Below, in pieces: positions 51,344 through 61,346 of a stretch of DNA of 64,000 nt. The notes under the pieces were generated by a model. That model did not search any database. It saw only the letters and a list, made by a program, of their open reading frames with translations, and was not told where the DNA came from. The stretch spans positions 47,184,001 through 47,248,000 of the forward strand of contig NC_086097.1 of the NCBI RefSeq assembly GCF_963921235.1, given 5' to 3'. The translations under genes were made by a program, and so were the position numbers. Numbering within the stretch: the stretch's first letter is position 1; every line of letters starts with the position of its first letter. The stretch is from Mobula hypostoma (lineage: Eukaryota).

Positions 51344-52894
51344 ATATAAAAGAATATCAAGGAACTCCAGTTTCAGGTAGTGCCAGAGCACCTCTTCAAG
51401 CACCTCAAGAAATATTTTTAAATTATGCAACCAGTCCATGATCCCACTACTGGGACTCAGATGTGGGCCATTTGTATTATTAGGTTAGCTACCTGTAATT
51501 ATAGGTTCAGTCTGAGCATCTCTTGGTGGCCAGAAAAGTAACCAAAATAAAAAACTCATCTCAAAACACCAAAATGGCAATAGTCAGGTTAGGGTGGAGT
51601 TTGGACCAGAATTCCTGGTGTATACTGGGATGCACCATGTGGGTTTTAACAATGCACATTGGAGATGCTGTTTTGAGGAATTTTACTGTCTGATGCACTG
51701 TGAGGCTTAAACATTCTGAAATATATTATTCTTGTTAACTTTTGCCAGAGTCATAATTTGGGGAAAAACTGTTACATTTCCCCTAGACCTTAAAGTTGAA
51801 GTGTCTCAAGCAGAAGATAAGTGAAGATTACAAGTTGGTCTTGTAAAATCCTTTCTTGCCAAAATAGCACATTTAAAAATGCCAAAATATACATAGTTTT
51901 GAAAGACAGTATAATGAGAAACTAAGATGTAGTGAGATATCATCCCCTCAAAGCTTTCCGCACAACTTGATTTTATAATCTGAAACATATGGTCCAGAAA
52001 TTTTCCTGAAGTTCTACAATTAGTCCCTCCTCCCATGAGCTACAGTAACACGTGGCAGTTTACAGTTAATCCCACAATTGCAATGTTACTGGACACATAC
52101 TTGCAATTCAGAGTGTAAAGTTTTATGGTACTGACTCATTTTCTGGACAAGAGGGAGTACTTGGTGAGAGCCCAAGTCTTCATTTAAAGGCAACATTTCA
52201 GTCTCTCAAAACTAATTTCCTTTCGAACATTAAAACAATATGTAATTGAGATGTACACTTCCTTGCTCAGTCTTAAAAATGAAACCCCATTAGTTTGTAT
52301 ACAAAATTGGAGCCAGTAGCTGATATTTTAAACACTACAGAATTTGACAAGAGGTCACAAGTTAACAGAATAGAAGTATTCATTTCCATAAATGGTTCAA
52401 CTATGCAAGTTACTTTCCACAGACAAATGGAAATAGCATTACCAGTAAAGCTGAAACACTAGATTAGCTTGAAGCTTGTGGGTTTTGTTTAGGGAAATGA
52501 AATAACTTAGTTCCCATTTCAGGCAAGAAACACCTCGTGTTCAGAGATGAGTCAGTTAACAGGACTTTAGTTTCTTTGGCAGAAATAATCCTTGTGTGGG
52601 GCTGGGAAAAGGGTGCAGTATGGCAATTCAAGAGCTGTCGATTGTTTATGAAGATAACACAATAATGTAAAATCTTCAGGCAAAAGGAAATGTAGAAAAC
52701 AGAATAGACATTACTGTAAATATTCAGTAAGAATACAAACAAGTTGATGTCACAATTCTCTTCTGAATTATCAGTGCTCATTCTCCAGAAGTGTGTGAAA
52801 ACAAGGTCTTGGATTCTGTTTTGAGGAAACTTGATTTTCAAAAACTTTATCAGCTATTTAAAGGTTAAAGCATATTATGCCCTTTTGATCTTAC

Positions 52895-53027
52895 CGTCCT
52901 CTGAAAGTTTCTCAATAGCACGGCGCTCCCCTCGGCTACAGTGAGGGGGAAGGCAAAAGCCACGAATACTGCGGCCAGTGCGGACTCTGCTACTCAGCAC
53001 ATAGTTAGGATCCAGGTCATCACCACC
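52895..53027 (-). CDS. ckb: Creatine kinase B-type, exon 4 (133 nt)
   Basis: [44 protein letters not shown]. tag|GG and G|gtaag borders. Confidence 0.98.
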
Positions 53028-53089
53028 CTAAAAGACAAATCACATTTACTATTTCACTTTCATTAACGAAAAAACTATTCAAATTTTCT

Positions 53090-53145
53090 TAACCACCAAA
53101 GGGCATACAATTGTCCATAACCACCGAAGGGCATACAATTGTCCA
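53090..53145. repeat. 28-bp tandem duplication in ckb intron 3
   Basis: TAACCACC(A/G)AAGGGCATACAATTGTCCA twice. Confidence 0.9.
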
Positions 53146-54512
53146 TAATTTCAGATCAGATTCATCTTGGACTATTGCCCAGATTATAGTACACCATAAT
53201 CGTGTAGGGAAACAATAAATTGGCAAGTAACATACTTTAAGGCATCTTTGCATTTGGCACAAAAGTGAGTTTAAATATTCATTGCAGCTTCATTTGGAGT
53301 TGGAATGCAAGCTCAGACCTGAACAGAGCAGGTGCACTTTCCATATTATTTGACAAATGCCAATAAATGCAGTTGTTGGTCAGAAGGAGAAGAACAAATC
53401 CAAGACATGCTACTTATGAGACTGGTACAATGTTGACACAAGGGCACCTTGAGGAAGGGCACCTTGTATTCTCAAAATGTCAAAACCAGATGTGGGGAGG
53501 GGGAAAAAAACAGGGACAGTTAAATCTAATGACAGTCAAAACAACCACTACTAGGCAAAATATTGGGGAGAGGAAAAAAGGCTTCCGAAGTCTGTGGATT
53601 TGATAATATAATGAGAGCCTTAATTTGTATCATAATTGGAGATATTTTAGGATTCCATTTATTAAAACAAGTTTTCTACAAATTAGACTATTATCTTCCT
53701 ATCACAAGCAAAATTTTTTAGTGAATGGAAACTCATTATCAAATTGTTCAAGGGTATTTAAATCCAATCATCCTATTTTACAAGGCAAAATAATGTTAAA
53801 GTATTGAATTGAGAATCCTGGCTGGATTCAACAGATAATTACTGGGTGTTAAAACACTTCCCATAGTTTTATTTTTACTAAGTCACCTTTCATAATCTCA
53901 GGATGCCATAAAACATTTACATCCAACCCCACACTTCAATATGGTCACAACTGCAGGAAATGTGCATCTAAATTAATGTGCAGCAAATTCTCATGGAAAA
54001 CAAAGTAATATTTATAGAGGTAGATTCTAATGTTTTATTGTGCTCCCTGCAGAGATTTATTTCTTGTGCTATGCATTCCAAATATCAACGTGGAGCATAA
54101 ACTGATAACTACAGCACTTCATTTAAAGTTTATTCTGAAACCACTCCCCCCTCCAGGAGTGGAATGGGGCAGCAGGGTTACTTGGAAGGGGAGATTGAAA
54201 GGCATGTATGGTTAGGGCACTCAACTCCCCGGCTTCACTTCAAAGTAGAGTCCCAAGATCTTTCAGGAGATCACAACCACATGAGAATTTCATGTCCCAT
54301 GGAAAAGGGATGCCTTCTTCCCCTTCTGCACTAAAATGTCAACCAGATTTTTGTGTGCTCAAGTCTTTGGAGAGTACTTGAACCCACGATTTTATGACCG
54401 AGGCAAAAACTAGATCAAGACCACTAAGGCTAGTATGTTAGTTTATTCTTTAAAATGCATTGGAATTCAACCTATACTTGTGTTTAGTAAAGAAATGAAC
54501 CCATTGTCTAAC

Positions 54513-54667
54513 CTTGAGCTTCTCCGAGTGAAGGTCAGTTTTGTGCTTGTCACTAGGTTTGTAGCCACCATGGCGGTCCCGAATAACTGGATCAAAAAGA
54601 TCTTTGAAAACCTCGTAGCTTTCTTCATCTCCAGCAACACAACCTACTGTCATAATAAATGGGTGAC
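54513..54667 (-). CDS. ckb: Creatine kinase B-type, exon 3 (155 nt)
   Basis: [55 protein letters not shown] borders. Confidence 0.98.
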
Positions 54668-55129
54668 CTAGATACAAAAAGAACAATTACAGGTAGCGCT
54701 TCTTTCACCACATCCGCTTAGAATGTCAGACAATATCCGCTGACTTTTGAAAGGAGTACTCAGCTGCATTTATTTTACAATGGGAGGGAAGGAAAGAAGA
54801 AGGGGGAAGGGGTCACATCATTCAGTTCTTTTGCCTTACGAGTTATTCAAGTTAAATCTTGAGAGGAAACATTCTGCAATATGAGTATTACAATAATGAA
54901 CAGAGACAAGCATCTTAAAAACGATTAATTAATAGACCAATTTAGTGGGTTATTTCAGGAGTACAAAAATAACAGGCAGTGTGCTTAAATCAACGGCAAT
55001 CGGTTTTGGTCACGGTGCTGATTTACGGAGGGTCAAACCAATCCACAGTCCCGCATTCTAACTGGATTAGTATATTTTGCGTCAAAGTAGAGGGATTTCG
55101 TACTATTCCAGGCAATCTAAGTGTTTTAG

Positions 55130-55317
55130 CAGGATTACCAATCCATCACACAAGATGAAGCCAGTGGGGATTGACTTGCCTTCCCGCTTCTTGCAAAGGT
55201 CGGGAGAGAGCACTAACCATAACCATGTGGCCATCGTGCTGACTCAAAGCGGGAAACTCCTCTGCTGGCCACCGCCTCTCTAGCCAAGCAGCAGCGACGT
55301 GCGAGGAGTCACAACTA
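55130..55317 (-). pseudogene. ckb: Decayed duplicate (alternative) exon 2 of ckb
   Basis: Reads LERRWPAEEFPALSQHDGHMV / VLSPDLCKKREGKSIPTGFILCD / G..NP across two frameshifts. The polypyrimidine acceptor is intact. The donor reads G|CTAAA instead of G|GTAAA, and there is no ATG at the expected start position. Confidence 0.85.
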
Positions 55318-55602
55318 CTTTAAGGAAATAAAACGCGGAAAATGAGCAGCAGCACCCACCAACCCCAGCACAGAAAGCCCTTGGCTGTAATCCATTCTAG
55401 CAGATTTATTGGAGAGCGGAAAGCCAGGATACTGGCTGCTTTACTTACTATTTATAACATTTTCCGTAGCTTTGAATCAATGATGCCCTTTATTCTGTGG
55501 TGGGCTGGATAACAACCAAGCGCCAAGTTGATGTTAAAAATTTCCCTAAACTAACTTGTGCCCACCTTATAAAGCAACACTTCTCCACGGAGGAGGGTTT
55601 AC

Positions 55603-55795
55603 CTGGGTTGTCCACTCCAGTCTGAATGATATCGTCAAGGGTAAATCCGCTGGGGGTCTGCTTATCTCGCAACTTGCTGTACATCTCCGGGGTCAGGACT
55701 TTGGCCATGTGGTTGTTGTGCTTGCTCAAATCTGGAAATTCGTCCTTGGAAGAATATTTCATTTTCAGGAGGTTGTGACTGTTGCTGAAGGGCAT
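55603..55795 (-). CDS. ckb: Creatine kinase B-type, first coding exon (exon 2; 193 coding nt, exon starts at 55807)
   Basis: CACCATG start. [42 protein letters not shown] is a B-type N-terminus. Coding exons 193+155+133+172+124+190+179 = 1146 nt = 381 aa plus stop. Confidence 0.98.
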
Positions 55796-56948
55796 GGTGA
55801 CGCTTTACTGTAATGCAAACAGCTTCAGGAGTTAGGTTTGATCGCCGAAAGAAATGGCTTCTCGAAGCGCGGATTTGATTGAACGCATTGGGTCCAGTTT
55901 ACCAGAGATACACTGAACGCTATACGACGAACACGAATTCATCTCATTTGCAGATTTTTACTTAAAGAAAATAGGCCATTTAGCGCGAACTTTGAAGCTG
56001 CACAATTATTCGAAATTATCAAAGTGATTGGCGTCCGTGATCGAAATAAACTTCTGCGCGAGTATGGTAAAGTCTCTTGCACATTTTAGACACTTTAATA
56101 TATTGCAGGACGACGTAGGTCATGGCAGTACTCCAACCCGCAAAACTCAATACAGTATAAAGGATGCTTTTAAACGAAAATCCGACTTTTGACATTAAAG
56201 TCCCTAACTGATGGTCATTTCCGACATTTGAAAGAAATACATGTTCTCGATTAACTGCCAGCATTTCCTGGGTAATTTTACAATTCTTTGGCGTGGCTGA
56301 AAACCACGGGATTCTCAAATAGCGTTACGATTACGTAAATTTCTCATCCTTCGTGACCCTATCGCGCTGTATTTCATACAAGATTTATGAAGGACAATCC
56401 AAGTACATTAAATCTGTGATAACGTCTACAAATCTTGGATTAGAAACAAAGCATTTACTCTCAACAGATTAGTGCAGGCATCATTCACAATTTTTAACAA
56501 ATATCTTATTCGCAGTTTAAGTGTATACTATGATACAAGGTTATTAATAAAGATTAAACTCATTCTATTGGCACTGATAAATTGTGTGGATTTTCATCTA
56601 ACGCGCATTCCTTCAATATTGTATTAGAATGCAAAGGTTGATTTACCAATCAGTAAATACTCCGGCTAATCCTTACATTTAACGATGCATTTAAATAGAT
56701 GCTTCAAGATTAGGCTTAACCACTATTACATTTAATACACGTCTTATTCCAACTGAACTTCGTTATGATGTTCCTCTTATTTCGTCTACTCGTGCTTTTG
56801 TCTTAAGGCAAGAAATTGCATTTAATTTGCATTAGGTTACTTTCCACTTAATCCAAAAACAGCGTTGAAATCTTTCCCGAAGCAAAATAAATAAAAAATG
56901 TTTTAATTTTAGTTTACTAGCTGATTTTGATTTTCATAAAGACATTAC

Positions 56949-57040
56949 CTGAATAAGCAAGGAAATTGAGGCACCAATTTAATTCTAAGCCCGTGCTTCC
57001 CACTTTATCCCGATCTCCGCACCACCCTGATTGGTGTCCG
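56949..57040 (-). other. ckb: Probable non-coding exon 1 of ckb (start approximate)
   Basis: Donor CAG|GTAAT at 56949, located just downstream of the TATA/CCAAT/MEF2 cluster. Vertebrate CKB has a short non-coding first exon. Confidence 0.65.
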
Positions 57041-57119
57041 AGCGATGGGTGAGCTCCCATTGGATTATATAGTGCAGAAGGGCCGCCATCTCATTGGCCG
57101 CTAAATTTAGTCCCATTCA
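57030..57119 (-). promoter_or_regulatory. ckb: ckb core promoter: MEF2-type box, CCAAT boxes, YY1-like site, TATA box
   Basis: CTAAATTTAG at 57101-57110 fits YTAWWWWTAR. CCAAT at 57093-57097, 57059-57063 and 57030-57034. GATGGCGG at 57083-57090. TATATAA at 57065-57071. CpG-rich context. Confidence 0.8.
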
Positions 57120-57169
57120 CGGCGCGATTTGTCAATCAAAGGGGTGCGTGTCGAAGAGGATGTGTCGAA

Positions 57170-57252
57170 CGTCATCGGCATGCGACTAATTGAAGAAGGT
57201 CGAGACGTCATATTCTCGCGTCCGGACCCGGGGTGCATGTGTGCGTTTGTCG
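57170..57252 (+). other. Candidate non-coding first exon of a divergent gene
   Basis: CpG-rich stretch with CRE-like GACGTCA (57204-57210) and a strong donor CG|GTGAGT at 57253. No downstream coding exon found in the window. Confidence 0.4.
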
Positions 57253-57590
57253 GTGAGTTTCGGTTCTTGTTGAAAGATCCTCCGCGATTTAAAGTTATTT
57301 CAGGTTTGATTGTGTGTTGTCCGGTCGTCGGAGCTTGTGTGCTGAGTCTGGCAGGAACAGATCAAGGCTAGTGAATGTACCAGCGTGTTAATGGCCGGCA
57401 TCGCGTGCGGCTGCTGTCCCGCCTTTTGTATAAAAGTGCATTACTTGATGAACTAAGTACAGCAGCATTTCTCCACACAGCATGTCGTAGAGCGCAAAGT
57501 GTACTCTGCTGTTATTCAGTTTAAATGTCTTTCATTCTGCTATTAAGAGATCATTCGAGTACAAGAAATTCTGTACTTGCGGGCAGTTTT

Positions 57591-57771
57591 GAGCAACACA
57601 CACAAAATGCTGGAGGAGATCAGCCTCTGTGGAGGGAAATGAATATTCGACTTTTCTACCCGAGACCCTAGTACTGATTGAAGAATCTGGCCCGAAACCT
57701 TTACTGTTCATTTCCTTCTATAGATGCTGTCTGACCTGCTGAGTTCCTCTAGTATTTTGTGCATGTTGCTC
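57591..57771. mobile_element. Old hairpin made of two head-to-head Penelope-like 3' ends
   Basis: GAGCAACA...TGTTGCTC inverted termini, with two decayed hammerhead boxes in the centre. Confidence 0.6.
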
Positions 57772-57914
57772 ATTCTTCCTTCAAGATTATGTTCCCACTT
57801 GAGGTCATTATAAAATTACATTCTGCTTAAAGAAAAAGCTGGTGATTAGAATTTTGTTTGCAGGCCTGTGCCAAGGAATACAGCATCGCGAAAAAACAAG
57901 CCCCTATCACTACT

Positions 57915-58268
57915 GCAACACACATAAAAGTTACTGGTGAACTCAGCAGGCCAGGCAGCATCTCTAGGAAGAGGTACAGTCGATGTTTCAGGCCGAGACC
58001 CTTCGTCAGGACTAACTGAAAGAAGAGCTAGTAAGAGATTTGAAAGTGGGAGGGGGAGGGGGAGATGAGATGACAGGAGGGGGAGGGATAGAGGTAAGAG
58101 CTGTCTTCTCCTATCATTTTGAATCTCCCCCTCCCACTTTCAAATCTCTTACTATCTTTTCTTTCAGTTAGTCCTGACAAAGGGTCTCGGCCCAAAACAT
58201 CGACTATACCTCTTCCTATAGATGCTGCCTGGCCTGCTGCGTTCACCAGCAATTTTTATGTGTGTTGC
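57915..58268. mobile_element. Inverted pair of young Penelope-like 3' ends
   Basis: 57915-58099 (minus) and 58100-58268 (plus) are near reverse complements, and each has a hammerhead-like box. Confidence 0.85.
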
Positions 58269-60188
58269 TGGTGATTAGAATTTTGTTTGCAGATTTGCAG
58301 GCCTGTGCCAAGGGAAGCAGTATCGTGAAAAAACAAGCTCTTTGACCTGAAATTCTTCTCTTCGTAGGAATTGCCTGACCTGACCATTTGCAGCACATTC
58401 TTTAATTTTTTAAAGCATATAATGTGCCACCTTTATTTTCACACTGTAAGAGCTTAGTATTTTTGTTTAACCTTCCTCCCTTTGATTTGAGTCATCTAAA
58501 ATTAAGTAAATTTTGTCTGTACCCACGTGTATATCATTGAAATGTACATTAAAGATGGCACTGGTTCTAGAACTGACTCTTGGACTACTCTGCTGTGCAC
58601 TTTTCTCCAGTCTTTCACTACTACTTGGGGACAGTAATTCCTCAGTGTAATGAAAGGTGATCTTTGTGCCTTCTTGAGATAGCAGACAAGGTTTTAGTTT
58701 AACCGGTTTCATGGGATGTCATTATAGGTTATGGTCCTTGAGTATTTGGAGTGGGAGTTGAACCCACACCTTCTGATTCGGAAATGAGTGCTCTATCAAG
58801 CTCTTAGTGTTCTGGCGATTCAGTTGTTAGAATTGGCCAACACTCAATTACTTTGTGTGTGAATCAGAACAAGACCTTTTGGTCTCGTGCCAGTGCTGGC
58901 ACTTTTAAGTGAATCGTGTTGCAGAAAATCAAACCTCAATGGCTCTGATTCTGTGAGTTGTGCTTTCAATCATAGAAAAGCAGAGCACACAAGGAACTAA
59001 TGGAGCATCACATTCACACCGGTCAAAAAAAAAATGCTGGCCTAATCTTATTTGGTCTTGGTCTGTGTTACGTACCCCGTAACTGGGTTGCCAAACCAGC
59101 AGAAATGGATCACTCAGTTGGAGTCTGGATTACTAGAACTAAGAAAGTTTTATTAAAGAAACAAGCAACACAGTACTCTAATCAAAAGGATAATGAATGC
59201 AACAGTTCAGCAATGATAAACATACATGTACGCAGAATTCAGATAACAGGATCAATCAAGCTCTATCGTTGTCTAGGGGTAAATGACCAGTTTCAAAGTG
59301 ACGCAAAGTTCAGTTCAATTTAGTTCAGTTCAGTTCGCAGTAATCGCTGCCGTGGGAGATGGACAGTGGGGGGAAGGAGAGAGAGAGCAAAACGAATGAA
59401 TATTCAAAACGGCTTCCACACAGACCTTCGCAGTCAGCTTTCGGGCGAGTCCTTTGTGATGTTATCTGAGGTCACCGACCGTGACCCCTCCGTTTCCAGA
59501 TACGATCGTTTCCCTGCGGTGAACCTGGCACCCAGGCAAGGGTGGACACACACCAGGTTCCCGCCGATCGTGCCTTTCCACCCTGTGCGTCTATGGCCCG
59601 GTACTTCCCACCGACTTGTGAGAGACGCACCGCTTCCAGGGTCTTGTTACCTCGGGTGTCGTGTGTGTCCTGCCTTAGCGAACCTGTCCCTTTTTATCCC
59701 CCTGCTGGGGTATCGCCTGTCCATCACTTCAAACAGTTCAGGGTTCAAAGGGGGAGCTGATCTTGACAGCTCTCCTTCCCCTTGATTAACATCTCCAAAT
59801 GCTGCTCCTCCATTGTTTTCCTTATCTCTCTCTCTCCTGAAGACAGGTGGCAGACCAACTGCTGATTCCACTGGTGCCGGCCCAGGCCAGCTACATCTTA
59901 ATCTATGTGTATTCTTGTCACACTTCCCCCCTTTAAGGATTTTTACCGGGGGTAAAAATTACAAACATGAATACATTATTTGATACACACAAATATACAT
60001 CTTTATCAGGTATTTGGCTAATACAGCGAGTTTGAAGTTGTCAACACCTGACAGACAGTCAGCCATCACATTTCCTGTTCCTTTTATATGTGTTATTAAT
60101 AATCCCTTAGACCAGGCTCCAACTTAGCAAACTTCATAGTAGCCAAAAACACTGATGAATTGCGATCAATGTAACCTCTCATTGGGTT

Positions 60189-61346
60189 TCATCCCGGACC
60201 ACAATAACAAGGGTCGTCCCATTCCGACTTAGTTTTCTCTCGCAAGGGCTTAGTAGGAGGGGGAGGGGTAGTAAACGCAGAGTTATTGCAAAATTTCCTA
60301 CAGTACCCCACCATCTCCAAGAGCCTTCTGAGGGCCCTCTTGTCTGTCGGGGTTGGGATGTCAGCGATAGCCTGCACTGTAGCTTGCATCGCTGCCAGCT
60401 GCCCCTGTGTCACCACAATTCCCAGGTAAGTGACCTTCGTGTGGCCGAACTCATTTTTTTCAAGGTTCACTATCAAGCTGGCTTCAGACAGCCGTATTAC
60501 ATCGCCAATACACTCCTCTGTGTTCGTCAGCCCTTTTGTCACCGAATTGCTCATTTGCTCGCTAGGCTGACCTAGTGTAACAGACACCACCCAACGTCCC
60601 ATTTCTTTGCATCGCCTCGGGACAATCAAACACACGTGTGCGAGTCGTTTAATTACTTCTCCTAAAGAGTCGCTTTGTTCGGGGATTAAGGGAGAGACCT
60701 TATCAGCAGAGCTGGCCAAAACAATAGCCTTCTCCCATCTGGTTGATACCATACTCATCTTTTCAAAATGGTTTTTTTCTCTTATCAGGGGGACCCTAGC
60801 TTCATTGATTTCCGCGCTAACACCGACTAGGTTTGTTAGCATATCAAAAGCCTGTGACCGTCTCAGTTCGTGTCGGCCATAATCAATAACATCCTTCCTC
60901 CGGTGCAGCCGGTAAACCTCTTTCATGATTCCACCAACTGTTCCCTCCAGTACTGCAAAATGTCCACCGGGGGATACCTTGTGGGCTGGGTTAAAAACCT
61001 CATCCCCATAACTCTTTTGCACCACCTCCCATTCCTCATCTGCGGGCACGGTACTTGGTCTCCCTTTCTTCCTTAGCACTTCCTCCTCCACCAAAACCAT
61101 CAGCCCCTCGTCTCGCTCCTGTGCCTGCACAAATTCCTTCCTGGCTAATGCTAAGTCTGTCTCAGCTCCCTCACTACCTCTTATTTCACTACAATCCTTC
61201 TTTTCACTTTCTACCCCCTTCTCGTACAAGGCTGGCAGAAACATCTCAGCTAAATTTACTACCGCAGTCCCGTGATGAACCTGTGAGTCCATGGGCGGGG
61301 CCTCAATGCTGGCAGGCTGGCCTGTCAATCTCACTGCTTCGAACAC
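60189..61346 (-). CDS. Collapsed pol remnant ORF (integrase N-terminal piece followed by RT pieces)
   Basis: AH....GGHF.....KDV..Y integrase zinc-finger remnant precedes RT remnants (CIGD in place of YIDD; L.VNL.K.EF....VTYLG; P.PT.KR.LRR.L.M.GY.RKF). Confidence 0.7.
   Translation of the reverse strand: MFEAVRLTGQPASIEAPPMDSQVHHGTAVVNLAEMFLPALYEKGVESEKKDCSEIRGSEGAETDLALARKEFVQAQERDEGLMVLVEEEVLRKKGRPSTVPADEEWEVVQKSYGDEVFNPAHKVSPGGHFAVLEGTVGGIMKEVYRLHRRKDVIDYGRHELRRSQAFDMLTNLVGVSAEINEARVPLIREKNHFEKMSMVSTRWEKAIVLASSADKVSPLIPEQSDSLGEVIKRLAHVCLIVPRRCKEMGRWVVSVTLGQPSEQMSNSVTKGLTNTEECIGDVIRLSEASLIVNLEKNEFGHTKVTYLGIVVTQGQLAAMQATVQAIADIPTPTDKRALRRLLEMVGYCRKFCNNSAFTTPPPPTKPLREKTKSEWDDPCYCGPG

Noticed and set aside
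55205..55250. Plus-strand peptide STNHNHVAIVLT resembling [12 protein letters not shown], suggesting an inverted exon copy
   Set aside because: It is the antisense shadow of a quasi-palindromic stretch in the minus-strand pseudo-exon, which explains the similarity over a much longer span.
6181..58252. Recurrent ORFs starting MLVNAAGQAAS.GRGTVDVSGRD
   Set aside because: Antisense reading of the non-coding Penelope terminal repeat, not a gene family.
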